64,000 nucleotides of DNA from Propionibacteriaceae bacterium (GCA_035641455.1 DASQUD010000250.1:17741-81740), one strand, 5' to 3'. Shown: positions 29,675 to 40,109, counted from the first letter of the stretch. Numbers and translations are program-made. Notes: generated from the letters alone by a model not told the origin.

Positions 29675-30532
29675 TCAGCGGAGGGGCCGGATCAGTCCCT
29701 CTTGCGCGACATTGGCCACAAGTGCTTCCTGCTGGAAGAGCCGCGCGGTGGAAAGGCCGAGGCTGCCGGATGCCGACGGCGAGGCCTGGTCAAAGAGAAG
29801 CCAATCGTCCGCGCGGAAAGGGCGGTGGAACCACATGGCGTGGTCGATTGACGCGGCCTGGACATTCAACCCGACGAACACGCCATGTGGCACGGTGGTG
29901 ACGGCCAGCAAGGTCAGATCGCTCGCGTAGGCCAGCGCTGCCTGATGCATTCGCCGGTCGTCCGGAAGCGAGCCATTGGCTTTGATCCACACCCGAGCTC
30001 GGGCCGGGTGAAGCGGGTTATCCAGCGCTCCTCCTGGCCGCGAGTCGCCGACGTAGCGGACATCGAGGGCACCCCACTCACGCTCCCAGAATGACGGTTC
30101 GCGACCCGCCACCTTGGCGAGGACCTCGCTGAGCCGAGGGCAGCTGTCCGGGTTTGGCACGTCATCGGGCGCTGGGTCGGCGTGTTCATAACCGATCTCC
30201 GCCTCGTGGAACGAGCTGGAGAGGTAGAAGATCACACGTCCGCCCTGCCGCGCCACTACCCGGCGGGAGGAGAAGGAGCCACCGTCGCGTACCGCCTCCA
30301 CGTCATAGACGATCGGTGTGTCGGTGCGTCCGGCGATGAGGAAGTAACCGTGCAGCGAGTGCAGCACGCGGGTAACGACGACCGTACGAGACGCGGCCAT
30401 CACCGCTTGGGCCAGTACCTGCCCACCGAAGACCCGCTGCAACTGGGTGTCCGGCTGTCGCGCCCGAAACAGCCCGATCTCGATCTCTTCGAGCTCCAGC
30501 AGATCGATCAGCTCACCGACGGACTGAGGCAC
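29675..30532 (-). CDS. tesB: acyl-CoA thioesterase II
   Basis: GTG at 30532 gives VPQSVGELIDLLELEEIEIGLFRARQPD, collinear with the E. coli TesB N-terminus (..LLNLEKIEEGLFRG). Also contains FGGQVLAQAVMAA, SLHGYFL and DHAMWFHRPFRADDWLL. The track ORF is over-extended to 30688. Confidence 0.85.
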   Translation of the reverse strand: MPQSVGELIDLLELEEIEIGLFRARQPDTQLQRVFGGQVLAQAVMAASRTVVVTRVLHSLHGYFLIAGRTDTPIVYDVEAVRDGGSFSSRRVVARQGGRVIFYLSSSFHEAEIGYEHADPAPDDVPNPDSCPRLSEVLAKVAGREPSFWEREWGALDVRYVGDSRPGGALDNPLHPARARVWIKANGSLPDDRRMHQAALAYASDLTLLAVTTVPHGVFVGLNVQAASIDHAMWFHRPFRADDWLLFDQASPSASGSLGLSTARLFQQEALVANVAQEGLIRPLR

Positions 30533-30599
30533 GCCCGCGAGCTTATCGACGCAGCCGCCATGCCTCTGCCACTGACGGCAGCTCAGCGAAGCGCTGCTG

Positions 30600-31502
30600 T
30601 CACGCCTCGTCGTTCTTGTCGCGCTCGGCCAGGAACCGCTCGAACTCTGCGGCAATCTCATCGGCGCTGGGCACCCGCTCGGATTCATTGAGCTGAAGGC
30701 TGTCGTACTGCTGCTCGAGGGTGGCCACCAATTCCTGCACCTCTGATGAGCCTGCCATTTCCTCGGCGATGTCGGCCATGTTGCTGGCCGACGCCTTCTC
30801 CAGCGGTTCCAGCGGCACCGCCAGGCCGGTGGCCTGGTTCAGCGACCGGGTCAACGTGAGGGTGGCCTCGGGAAACGCCGCCTGGGCCAGATAGTGCGGG
30901 ACATGCGCGGCGAAGCCCATCGCCTTCCGCTCTAGTTGGCCGAGCCGGAACTCCAGCAATCCGGCGAAGCTGGCGGGTACTTCTACCCGATCGATCCAGC
31001 TGCGGTAACCGCGAACCAACGTCGTGTCAGTTGCGTGAGCAGTCAACGTCACCGGGCGGGTATGGGGCACCGCCATCGGGATCCCGTGCACGCTCACCGT
31101 GAGCCGAACACCGAACTGCTCGATCAGGCCGACGACGGCAGCAACCAGCCGCTCCCACTGCACGTCTGGCTCCGGTCCGCTGAACAGCAGGAACACTTCG
31201 CCGTGCTCGTCGACAACCCGGTGAAGCCGCAGATGCAAGTCCGCATAAGACTTCCACCGATTGGTATCGAAGACCATCGCGGGCCGCCGGCTGCGGTAGT
31301 CGTGCAGTTGATCATGATCGAACTCGGCGAGCACCTCGTGCTCCAGCTGCTCCAGGAGATGCGCGGAGAACAGCCTGCCCGCCTGCCCCGCGTCGACGAA
31401 GCCATCCATCTGGTGAACCAGCACCGGACGGTGTTCTTTGAGCTTCGCCGCAACACCCTCGTCGAGGGTGTAGAGCAGCCGCGGGTCCAACATGACGTCC
31501 AA
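30600..31502 (-). CDS. PAC2 (proteasome assembly chaperone 2-like) family protein
   Basis: Contains LDPRLLYTL...RPVLVHQMDGFVDAGQAG..., the pattern of actinobacterial PAC2-family proteins. Confidence 0.65.
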   Translation of the reverse strand: MDVMLDPRLLYTLDEGVAAKLKEHRPVLVHQMDGFVDAGQAGRLFSAHLLEQLEHEVLAEFDHDQLHDYRSRRPAMVFDTNRWKSYADLHLRLHRVVDEHGEVFLLFSGPEPDVQWERLVAAVVGLIEQFGVRLTVSVHGIPMAVPHTRPVTLTAHATDTTLVRGYRSWIDRVEVPASFAGLLEFRLGQLERKAMGFAAHVPHYLAQAAFPEATLTLTRSLNQATGLAVPLEPLEKASASNMADIAEEMAGSSEVQELVATLEQQYDSLQLNESERVPSADEIAAEFERFLAERDKNDEA

Positions 31503-31548
31503 TCTACCGTCGCCGCTGATTTCCCCCCGATTTTCCGACCTCGGCGGC

Positions 31549-34500
31549 TCAGCGCGCGGACTCGTCCCTCAGTCGGGATTGTGCCGTCTCAATGGCGGCG
31601 AGAACGCGCTTGTCCGACACAGGTACGCGGGTCCGTAAGGACTGCGCGAACAGACTGACCCGCAGTTCCTCGATCAACCACCCGATCTCCTCGACAAATC
31701 CGGGCAATCGACCCGGCGGTGCCAATTCACACAGGTCGGCATAGGCCTCTTCCACCCTGATTATGACCTCGAATCCGGCGGCATCACGAGCAGCCGTGTT
31801 CCTCAGGGCTTCGATGCGCAACTGGACCGCCTTGAGGTATCGCGGTAGTTCGGTCAGTTGCGCGTACGGCGTCGCTCCCAGGAATCCCGGAAAGACGAGG
31901 TTGCCGACCTGCTCGGCGATGTCGGCGGCGGCGGCCTCACTCACCTCGCGCGTCCTTGGCAGCGCTGCCTGCACGGCCCCGCTCAGCCTGCTGATCTCCG
32001 CTGCCAAGGTGGTTATCTGACGCATCAGGTCGGCGTTCTCAGCCCGTACGCGATCGCAGATCTGCGCGAACGCCGAGGCATCGCGAACCGGCGCCACCTG
32101 GAACCGGCGGACCAGCTCGCCGACTGATGCCAGTCTGGCGTCGGCGAGCAGGGCAGGAACTGAGGCGTAAGGACTTGTGCCCAACGCCAGCTTGTCGGCG
32201 TTGTTCAGATGGGCGACGACCCACCTCGTGGGATCTGGCGTGTTCAACAGGACCAGCCTGCGAAGGCCGAGCGGTGAGGTCGCCTGCTGCCGCTCGGCTG
32301 TCTCGCAAATGGTCAGGCCGACGCTCGAACCCTCGTCGATCAGCGCCGGATAGCCGACAACCTGATGGCCGGCCCGTTGAAGGGTGACGCGCTCGGCGAT
32401 CTGCCCGAAGTCCCATGTCACCGCGCCCGAGCGAGACAACTCCGCCGCAGCGTCGTTCAACAGGCGGTGCAGGCGGCCGCCGAGCTCCGATCGAAGCTCG
32501 GCCAGGTCCTTACCCGCCGCCAATTCCCGGCCCGACCCGTCGCGAATGAGGAACGTCACGCGTAGGTGGGACGGCACTCGGTCGGGGCGCCAATGCGCCG
32601 CCGTGATCATGTCACCGGTGAGCATGTGGAGCGCCCTGGCCAACGCTTCCGGGAGGGACTCGGCAGCACTGCCAGGATGATCATGGAGCCACTCGAGCGC
32701 TCGGCGGGCGGTGTCTGGCGCGGGGCTGTACCGCTTCCGCTGGTCCTTGGGTAGCGACCGAATGAGCTCGGTCGCAAGCTCTGCGCGCAGCCCCGGCACC
32801 TGCCAGGTGAACGGCGCGTCGGGAATCTGGTTCACCACCTCGACCGGAATGATCACGCACACACCGTCTCGGGCATGGCCGGGCTCGAACAGGTAGCCGA
32901 TCTTGAGTGAGTGGCCGGCCACATCCCACCTCGTCGGGAAGGACCTGTCGTCGACCTCGTCCACTGTGGTCAGCAGGTCGTCCAGCGTCATAGCCAGCCG
33001 GTCGCGTTCCGGTTCTGGTGCTTGGCGCCACCAGGAGTCGAAGTGCGCCGCGGAGACCACATCCTTCGGCACCCTGGCGTCGTAGAACGAAAAGATCGCC
33101 TGGTCGTCGACGACCAGGTCGCGACGGCGGGTCCGCTCCTCCATCGACTCGGCTTCAGCTCGAACCCGCGTGTTGTGCGCGAAGAACGGGTGGCGGGTAC
33201 GCCACTGGCCTTCGACGAGAGCTGATCGCAGGAAGATCTCCCGCGCCTCGGCGGGATTGATCTTGCCGTACGCGACCCGGCGGTCGGAGATGATCGGCAC
33301 GCCGTACAAGGTGACTGTTTCGTATGCGAACACTGAACCGCTGCGGGTCGACCAGTGGGGCTCGGAGTACTGACGCCTCAGCAGGTGCTGGCCGACCTCC
33401 TCGATCTGCGCGGCGTCAATGCCGGCTACCGTCCGAGCCCATAGCCGGGTGGTCTCCACGATCTCCGCAGCCATGACGAGCGGCGGCTGGAGCTTCGCCG
33501 CGCTGGATCCCGGGTTGATCGCGAACCGCGTGCCCCTGGCGCCGAGATACTCCCGCAGCGCCGGCCGCCGGCGACCAGCCGACTGCTTGCGCTCTTCGCG
33601 AAGATCAGCAAGCCCTACATGCGATAGCAGGCCGGTGAGAACTGCCGTGTGAACGCGGTCAGGCGATGCAGGCGTGTCGTTGCGCCGAAGGCCGAGCTCG
33701 CGAGCGATCTCCTTGAGCTGCGTATGCAGATCCTGCCACTCGCGGATTCGAAGGAAGTGCAGGAACTCGTCGCGGCACAGCCGCCGAAATCGGTTCCCGG
33801 ACAGCGTCTGCTGTGACTCGCGCAGATAATCCCACAAGCGCAACAGCGCAAGGAAATCACTGGGGTCTCCGCCAGGCTCAGACCCCGTCACACGTCCTGC
33901 ATCTGTCGAAGGGCGGTCGTCGACGAGCTGGAACCGCGGGCCCCAAAACCGCCGGTGGAGGGCGTCGGCCTTGTCCCGCTGTTCGGCGGGCCGCTCCCGC
34001 GGATCCTGGATCGAAAGCCCGGACACGATGATCAACATCTCGCGAAGGCAGCCCTGCCGCTCCCCCGCGAGCAGCATTCTTCCCATCCTCGGATCGATGG
34101 GAATCGCCGCCAGCCGTCGGCCGATCATCGTGAGCCGCGGCCGGGTGCGGCTGCCGCTCTCTGAGATCGCACCCAGCTCGGTCAAAAGGCGCAGGCCGTC
34201 GTTGACTTGGGAGTTGTCGGGCGCATCGAGAAAGGGGAAGGTGGCGATCTCACCAAGATCGGCGGCTGTCATCTGCAAGATCACCGACGCCAGGTTCGTC
34301 CGCAGGATCTCCGGCTCCGTGAACTCGGGCCGGCCCGCGAAGTCCTCCTCGCTGTAGAGCCGGATGCAGATGCCGGGCGCGACGCGGCCGCAGCGTCCGG
34401 CACGCTGGTTCGCCGATGCTTGGGAGATCGGTTCGATGGGCAGCCGCTGCACCTTGGTTCGCGCGGAGTAGCGAGAGATGCGCGCCAGGCCAGTGTCGAT

Positions 34501-35394
34501 GACGTAACGAATCCCCGGCACTGTCAATGACGTCTCGGCCACATTCGTGGCGAGGACGATCCGGCGCCTGGCGTGAGAGGCGAACACTTTGTGTTGCTCC
34601 GCGGCCGACAGCCTGGCGTACAGCGGCAGTACCTCGGTAGAGGGCAGCTTGAGCGCCGCGATGGCGTCGGCGGCGTCGCGGATCTCCCGCTCGCCGGAGA
34701 GGAACACGAGGATGTCTCCGGTGCCCAGTGGGCTCAGATCCCGAACGGCCTCGATGATCCCGCCGACCTGATCGGCCTCGCCGTCGGCCAGCAGCGGCCG
34801 GTAGCGCACCTCCACCGGGAAGGTCCGCCCAGTGACCTCGACGATCGGGGCCGGCTTGCCGTTTGGCTGGCCGAAATGAGCCGCGAAGCGCTCGGTGTCG
34901 ATGGTGGCCGATGTGATCACAATCTTCAGTTCGGAGCGTCGTCCAAGCAACGACTTGAGATAGCCGAGCAGGAAGTCAATATTGAGACTGCGTTCATGGG
35001 CCTCATCGACGATGATCGTGTCGTACCGACGAAGACCACGATCATGGCTGATCTCGGCCAGCAGGACACCGTCGGTCATCACTTTCAGCTGGGTGTCCCG
35101 TGACGCCTTGCGGGTGAACCGCACCTGGTAGCCGACAAGATCACCGAGTGGTGTCTGGAGCTCCTCGGCGATCCTCTCGGCGACGGTACGAGCGGCGATC
35201 CGCCGGGGTTGCGTGTGCCCTATCGATGCCCGGCCGAGCTCCAGGCAGATCTTCGGCAGTTGGGTGGTTTTGCCGGATCCGGTTTCACCGGCCACGACCA
35301 CGACCTGGTGATCAGCAATTGCCTGCTTGATCTCATCGTGCCAGGCGGTGATGGGCAGCGCGTCGTCGTAGCTGATCCTCAGCTCATCGGACAC
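31549..35394 (-). CDS. hrpA: ATP-dependent RNA helicase HrpA (DEAH-box)
   Basis: 1281 aa with VVVAGETGSGKTTQLPK, IIVDEAHERSLNIDFLLG, FLSGEREI, TNVAETSLTVPGIRYVIDTG and QRAGRCGR, plus the long HrpA C-terminal region. Confidence 0.95.
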   Translation of the reverse strand: MSDELRISYDDALPITAWHDEIKQAIADHQVVVVAGETGSGKTTQLPKICLELGRASIGHTQPRRIAARTVAERIAEELQTPLGDLVGYQVRFTRKASRDTQLKVMTDGVLLAEISHDRGLRRYDTIIVDEAHERSLNIDFLLGYLKSLLGRRSELKIVITSATIDTERFAAHFGQPNGKPAPIVEVTGRTFPVEVRYRPLLADGEADQVGGIIEAVRDLSPLGTGDILVFLSGEREIRDAADAIAALKLPSTEVLPLYARLSAAEQHKVFASHARRRIVLATNVAETSLTVPGIRYVIDTGLARISRYSARTKVQRLPIEPISQASANQRAGRCGRVAPGICIRLYSEEDFAGRPEFTEPEILRTNLASVILQMTAADLGEIATFPFLDAPDNSQVNDGLRLLTELGAISESGSRTRPRLTMIGRRLAAIPIDPRMGRMLLAGERQGCLREMLIIVSGLSIQDPRERPAEQRDKADALHRRFWGPRFQLVDDRPSTDAGRVTGSEPGGDPSDFLALLRLWDYLRESQQTLSGNRFRRLCRDEFLHFLRIREWQDLHTQLKEIARELGLRRNDTPASPDRVHTAVLTGLLSHVGLADLREERKQSAGRRRPALREYLGARGTRFAINPGSSAAKLQPPLVMAAEIVETTRLWARTVAGIDAAQIEEVGQHLLRRQYSEPHWSTRSGSVFAYETVTLYGVPIISDRRVAYGKINPAEAREIFLRSALVEGQWRTRHPFFAHNTRVRAEAESMEERTRRRDLVVDDQAIFSFYDARVPKDVVSAAHFDSWWRQAPEPERDRLAMTLDDLLTTVDEVDDRSFPTRWDVAGHSLKIGYLFEPGHARDGVCVIIPVEVVNQIPDAPFTWQVPGLRAELATELIRSLPKDQRKRYSPAPDTARRALEWLHDHPGSAAESLPEALARALHMLTGDMITAAHWRPDRVPSHLRVTFLIRDGSGRELAAGKDLAELRSELGGRLHRLLNDAAAELSRSGAVTWDFGQIAERVTLQRAGHQVVGYPALIDEGSSVGLTICETAERQQATSPLGLRRLVLLNTPDPTRWVVAHLNNADKLALGTSPYASVPALLADARLASVGELVRRFQVAPVRDASAFAQICDRVRAENADLMRQITTLAAEISRLSGAVQAALPRTREVSEAAAADIAEQVGNLVFPGFLGATPYAQLTELPRYLKAVQLRIEALRNTAARDAAGFEVIIRVEEAYADLCELAPPGRLPGFVEEIGWLIEELRVSLFAQSLRTRVPVSDKRVLAAIETAQSRLRDESAR

Positions 35395-35428
35395 CGGCCC
35401 ATGCTAGGCCGCCGGCCCGGCTCCTTGA

Positions 35429-35866
35429 TCAGCGCAGGACCACCACTGGGCAAGCCGCGTGCGCCACCACGTGCTGGCTCACCGAGCCCAGCAACATGCC
35501 GGCGAAGCCACCATGGCCGCGTGACCCTACCACCAGCAGATCGGCACCCTGCGACATGTCGATCAGCACCTTGGCTGGGCTTCCTTTCGAGATCGAGATC
35601 CGCACATCCACGGTTGGTTCCCGGGGTTCCAGCTCAGCGGTGAGCCGCTCGAGCAGGTCCCTGGCGTCTTTCTCCGGCTGGCTCTCATAGCCTTCGGGAG
35701 GCATCGACCCGTACCCCGGTCCCATTGGCAGCGCTGGTGGGTGCCAGGTCGATACGGCCACCAAGGAGGCGCCATGATGCGCGGCCTCCTCGTAGGCCCA
35801 CTGCAGGGCGGCTCGACTGGTGTCGGACCCGTCCACGCCGACCACGATCTGCTTCATGTCGGTCAT
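35429..35866 (-). CDS. universal stress protein
   Basis: 145 aa with KQIVVGVDGSDTSRAALQWA...ADLLVVGSRGHGGFAGMLLGSVSQHVVAHAACPVVVLR. The start overlaps the stop of the upstream MFS-USP gene (35863-35866). Confidence 0.85.
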   Translation of the reverse strand: MTDMKQIVVGVDGSDTSRAALQWAYEEAAHHGASLVAVSTWHPPALPMGPGYGSMPPEGYESQPEKDARDLLERLTAELEPREPTVDVRISISKGSPAKVLIDMSQGADLLVVGSRGHGGFAGMLLGSVSQHVVAHAACPVVVLR

Positions 35867-37719
35867 GCTCTTGCCCCCATCTGGTCGAGAGCCGAGGTCT
35901 GGACGACGACCACATCACAGTTGGCGTTCCTCGCAATCTCCCGGGGCACTGATCCTAGAGCCTCGCCCTCGTGCGCACCGAGACCGCGGTTACCCACGAC
36001 GATCAGGCTGGCGGGACTCCTGTGCGCCACTCTTAGCAGCGCCTCCACCGGGTCGCCTTCGAAGATGTCCTGCTCGATCGATCGAATATGATCCGAGGTC
36101 AGTTCCTGCACGGTCTTGTGCATGGCAGCCCTTGCCGCTTCCCTGCCGTACAGCCGCTGCCGACCCCCCACCTGATCCCTTGAACCGGCTTGATCTTCCG
36201 GCTCGTAGGCGGTGACAACGACCAGCCTTGACTCAGCCGCAGCCGCGATATCGTGCGCCTTGCGGGCCGCGTACAGCGCGGAAGGGGAGCCGTCGGAGCC
36301 GACAATCACCCGGTCGTAGGACGTGAGGTGCCGATGGGCGCCGAGCGGCATGATCGGAGATTCCTCATCCGACTTTGGCGGGTTGACCCACAGCATGGCG
36401 AGTGCCGCGAGACCAAGCAGCACTCCGGCGACCAACATCGCGTTGGTGCCACTCTCGCCCAACAAGTTCTCGTAAATCCAGCCGAACGTCAACGTCTGGA
36501 TCAGCATCGGAACCACGATCATCATGTTCAAGATCCCCATGTACACGCCGGTACGTTCCCGAGGGACCATGCTCGCGACCATCAGATAGGGCACGCCGAC
36601 CATGCTGGCCCAGGCAATGCCCATGCCGATCATGGGGACGAGTGTCAGGTACTGGCTGGTGATCTGCGACAGCCAGGCCAACGACACCGCGACCAAGGCC
36701 AGGCAGCCGGCATGCACGCGCTTGCCGCCGAAACGGACGCACAACGGCAACAAGAACAAGGCGGAGACCATGGTGAAAAAGTTGTAGGTGCCGTTCATCA
36801 GCCCGCTCCAGGCCGCCGCCTCCTCGTACTCGGGTGTGTCCGGGGTCGTATTCCAGACCGATTCGGCGACGCTGACGGATACGAACTGCCAGTAGATGAA
36901 CATGGCGTACCACTGGAACAAAAAGGCCAGACCGATCTTGTGCATACCGATCGGCATCACCTTCACTGCCTGGGCGATCTCGGACACCGTGGCGCCGAGG
37001 CTCTTCGACGCCGCCCGGATCTCCGCCAATTCCCGATCACTTGGTTGAATCTCCTTGGTCCTGATCATGGCGAGTCCGATGGTGACCAGGCATACGGCCG
37101 ATCCCAGCCAGAAGCAGACGAAGACCCAGTAGGGCACGCCGGCCTCGGAGGCCCCAGTGACGAACTTCTGCATCACAAACAGCGACACGTTGGCCAGCAC
37201 AGCCCCGGCGCCGGTGAACATGCTCTGGATCAGGAAGCCTCGAGCGATCTGACTCCTGCGAAGGCGGTCGGAGATCAATGCTCGATAGGGCTCCATGGCG
37301 GTGTTGTTCCCGGCGTCCACCAGCCAGAGGCAGATCACCGCCATCCAGAGAGCAGTGACCAGCGGGAAGAGGAACAAGATGAGAACGCACATGACGCCGC
37401 CGCCGAGCACGTAAGGCTTCCGCTTTCCCCACCGGTCACTCCACGTCTTGTCGCTCATCGCCCCGATGTACGGCTGAATCAACAAGCCTGTGATCGGGCC
37501 AGCGATGTTGAGGATCGGCAGGTTGTGCGCGTCAGCACCCAGCAGCAGGAACAGCGGGTTCACCGCCGTCTGAGTCATAGCGAAGCTGTACTGAACGCCG
37601 AAGAACCCGAGGTTCATCCAGGCGATGTTGCCGAACGTCATCAGGGGACGGCGAAGGTCCTCCTCCTCGCTGATTTCGGTGACGTCCGCCACCGCGGCGC
37701 CTGTTGCCATCCAAATCAC
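35863..37719 (-). CDS. MFS/GPH-type sugar:cation symporter-like transporter fused to a C-terminal universal stress protein domain
   Basis: About 460 aa of multi-TM transporter (QPYIGAMSDKTWSDRWGKRKPYVLGG is an SLC45/GPH-like loop). This is followed by YDRVIVGSDGSPSALYAA...LIVVGNRGLGAHEGEALGSVPREIARNANCDVVVVQTS (USP fold). Confidence 0.8.
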   Translation of the reverse strand: MIWMATGAAVADVTEISEEEDLRRPLMTFGNIAWMNLGFFGVQYSFAMTQTAVNPLFLLLGADAHNLPILNIAGPITGLLIQPYIGAMSDKTWSDRWGKRKPYVLGGGVMCVLILFLFPLVTALWMAVICLWLVDAGNNTAMEPYRALISDRLRRSQIARGFLIQSMFTGAGAVLANVSLFVMQKFVTGASEAGVPYWVFVCFWLGSAVCLVTIGLAMIRTKEIQPSDRELAEIRAASKSLGATVSEIAQAVKVMPIGMHKIGLAFLFQWYAMFIYWQFVSVSVAESVWNTTPDTPEYEEAAAWSGLMNGTYNFFTMVSALFLLPLCVRFGGKRVHAGCLALVAVSLAWLSQITSQYLTLVPMIGMGIAWASMVGVPYLMVASMVPRERTGVYMGILNMMIVVPMLIQTLTFGWIYENLLGESGTNAMLVAGVLLGLAALAMLWVNPPKSDEESPIMPLGAHRHLTSYDRVIVGSDGSPSALYAARKAHDIAAAAESRLVVVTAYEPEDQAGSRDQVGGRQRLYGREAARAAMHKTVQELTSDHIRSIEQDIFEGDPVEALLRVAHRSPASLIVVGNRGLGAHEGEALGSVPREIARNANCDVVVVQTSALDQMGARA

Positions 37720-37861
37720 TCCTTCAAGATCAATGGAGCGCAGTCAATAGCCCTGCGTTCGCAGCGGTTTCCTCGAGGATCGAACGCGTTGTCTAACTCC
37801 GGATGTGGCGCTTACCTGACTGTCGAGGTCTATACCCCGGATCCAATGTGAATTTTTATGG

Positions 37862-37890
37862 ATTCTCGTGCGTAGCCACGGCTCTGTCAA
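37862..37890 (-). promoter_or_regulatory. candidate sigma-70-type promoter for the MFS-USP operon
   Basis: The minus strand reads TTGACA (37890-37885), a 17-nt spacer, then GAGAAT (37867-37862). It lies in a locally AT-richer intergenic region about 140 nt upstream of the start codon. Confidence 0.3.
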
Positions 37891-38084
37891 CGTTTTCCGG
37901 TCCGGGTAGCACATCGTTATCTGTTGGCGTCCGTCTGCTCTGAACTTGGCCGAAAGCCCATGATCTGTTCGGACATCGAGTGCTCGGTGATCATGTGCTG
38001 CCGCAGCCGCGGCGATCATCACCTGCCGCGGCCGAGAGGCGTCACTGAGCGGCTTGCCTTAGGGGGCGCTGACCATGAGGTCGG

Positions 38085-39029
38085 TCAGCTCGGTCCGTCG
38101 CGGTCGCTGAACGTTGTTCGGCCGTCGAGCTTCGCCGCAAGTTCCTCGTCGATGCCGTCTGCCGTATCCGATACGACGCGGACAGCCTGGTGCAGATGGG
38201 CCGGCACGAATGGTTTTGCTGGGACTGACAACGTGACGAAGACCCGGTCGCGGACCAGCTGAAACTTGACCCAGCGGGCTTCGACGTTCAGATCGTTGAG
38301 CACCTCGGTAGCCCGAGACCGACCAGACACATCGTGCACGACGGCCGCGAAGATGATCACCTCTTGACCGTCGGCGGCGGTTCGCAAGAACAGCATGGTG
38401 GACCCCACGCGGATCGCCACGTCACCTTCGGCGTCTCGTAGCGGCGTGTAGCCGTACATGTCAGCGAGCTCCGCTTCGACGAGTTGGTCCAGATGCGACC
38501 GGTTGCGCGGCAGCAGAGGCGCGAGATCGTCGTGCGCCACGTGGAGGGAGCGGCTGTCCAGCGGCGCTTCCCGTGTCAGCGGGGAGGGCTGGAGCACATC
38601 CGCCAGCTGGTCGGGCGCCAGGAATATCGGGTGCTGGACACCATATACGTCGCGCAACGCGCCCACCGCGAGCGCTGCCAGCTCGTCTGATTGCTCCTGA
38701 GGCGCTTCGAACCAGAAGTTGGTCGTCGGGTCAGAGATGGCGCCGCTCGGCGACCGCCAGCCCAGCTGGTTCATAGCCGACAGTTGCTCGGTGCCCAGTT
38801 GGAAGTCCTCCCCCAGGGTGGCGTTACCCGCTGCCTCACAGCGGACCCTGGAGGAGCTGGGGCAGCTGAATCGGACGAACGGCCCCGGATCGTCGCTTTC
38901 GGACTCGGTGCCAATGGTGAGATCGCCGGAGTCGTCCATCATCGAGATGACCTCGCTCAGCCGGGCCTCGAACTCCGCCCAGGCCTCGGCAATGCTCCGA
39001 TCGATGTCGAAGTCGTCGATCTCGGCCAA
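38085..39029 (-). CDS. YbjN/TY-Chap-like (type III secretion chaperone-like fold) domain protein
   Basis: TTG at 39029 is preceded by GAGGAGG. The acidic N-terminal region is AEIDDFDIDRSIAEAWAEFEARL. The C-terminal FLRTAADGQEVIIFAAVVHDVSGRSRATEVLNDLNVEARWVKFQLVRDRVFVTLSV matches the YbjN-type pattern. Assignment from memory. Confidence 0.5.
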   Translation of the reverse strand: MAEIDDFDIDRSIAEAWAEFEARLSEVISMMDDSGDLTIGTESESDDPGPFVRFSCPSSSRVRCEAAGNATLGEDFQLGTEQLSAMNQLGWRSPSGAISDPTTNFWFEAPQEQSDELAALAVGALRDVYGVQHPIFLAPDQLADVLQPSPLTREAPLDSRSLHVAHDDLAPLLPRNRSHLDQLVEAELADMYGYTPLRDAEGDVAIRVGSTMLFLRTAADGQEVIIFAAVVHDVSGRSRATEVLNDLNVEARWVKFQLVRDRVFVTLSVPAKPFVPAHLHQAVRVVSDTADGIDEELAAKLDGRTTFSDRDGPS

Positions 39030-39063
39030 GCCCCACCTCCTCTCCGGCAACCTAGCGCACCAT

Positions 39064-40017
39064 CTACGCATCGAGGGCTGCGACGACGCGGGAGGGCGCA
39101 GGGCGGCCCAGCTCTTCGGCTAACCAGCGGCTGGTCCCGACGAGTTGGGCTAGATCTATGCCGGTGGGGATGCCGAGCCCCTGCAGCATCCAGACCAAGT
39201 CCTCGGTGGCGAGATTCCCGGTCGCCGATCGGGCGTACGGGCAACCGCCGAGACCGCCCGCGGAGGAATCGAATTCGCTGATGCCGGCTTCCAGGCCGGC
39301 GAGGACGTTCGCCAGCGCCTGCCCGTAAGTGTCGTGAAGATGCAGCGCCACCCGACTGCGGGCCACGCCAGCCGTCTCCACAGCGTCAATGACTGCAGCG
39401 ACCTGGCCGGCGGTGGCAACGCCGATGGTGTCGCCAAGGCTGATCGTGTCGCAGCCGAACTCGACCAGCCGCGCTGCCACCTGCGCGGACTGTCGAGGAT
39501 CGACCCGGCCCTCCCATGGATCGCCGAAGCACATGGAGACGTAAGCGCGGACGCGGAGCCCGCTGGCTGCGGCTCGCTGAATGACTGGGGCGGCCATGTC
39601 AAGGGCACCGCTGAGACTCGTTCCGAGGTTCTCTTGAGCGAACCGCTCGGTGGCTGAGACGAAGACGGCGATCTCGTCGGCGCCAACCGCTTCCGCGCGG
39701 TCCAAGCCCCGCAGGTTCGGAACCAGCACCGGATAACGGACGCCCGGTCTCCGCTTGAGCGAGCTGAGCAGTTGATCGGCATCGGCCAACTGTGGGATCC
39801 TCCGCGGCGACGTGAAGCTGGTCGCCTCGATCGCTTGCAGACCGGCATCTCCAAGTCGATCGATCAGGGCCAGCTTCACGTCGAGAGGAATGATCGTTTT
39901 CTCGGCCTGCAGACCGTCCCGCGGCCCGACCTCGTAGATCTGGACTCGATGGGGAAGATCGACCCGGGGATGCACCGCCGGCAAGCCGACCGGGGAAGTT
40001 CCACGCGAGGTGGCCAC
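39064..40017 (-). CDS. hydroxymethylglutaryl-CoA lyase
   Basis: Contains VQIYEVGPRDGLQ, EATSFTSPRRIPQLAD, ISLGDTIGVATAGQV, LHLHDTYGQALAN and GGLGGCPYARSATGNLATEDLV. Confidence 0.85.
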   Translation of the reverse strand: MATSRGTSPVGLPAVHPRVDLPHRVQIYEVGPRDGLQAEKTIIPLDVKLALIDRLGDAGLQAIEATSFTSPRRIPQLADADQLLSSLKRRPGVRYPVLVPNLRGLDRAEAVGADEIAVFVSATERFAQENLGTSLSGALDMAAPVIQRAAASGLRVRAYVSMCFGDPWEGRVDPRQSAQVAARLVEFGCDTISLGDTIGVATAGQVAAVIDAVETAGVARSRVALHLHDTYGQALANVLAGLEAGISEFDSSAGGLGGCPYARSATGNLATEDLVWMLQGLGIPTGIDLAQLVGTSRWLAEELGRPAPSRVVAALDA

Positions 40018-40109
40018 GGCTCCGACCCTACGCCGAAGCTACCCTCGAATTGTTCGCCGCAGGTCCGTCCACGGGACCTGCCGAGCGTCATCGAACGGAA
40101 GGACAAACT

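Noticed and set aside
36253-37851. 532-aa plus-strand ORF
   Set aside because: Antisense to the MFS-USP gene. It is extremely His/Arg/Asp/Gly/Pro-rich and has no hydrophobic core.
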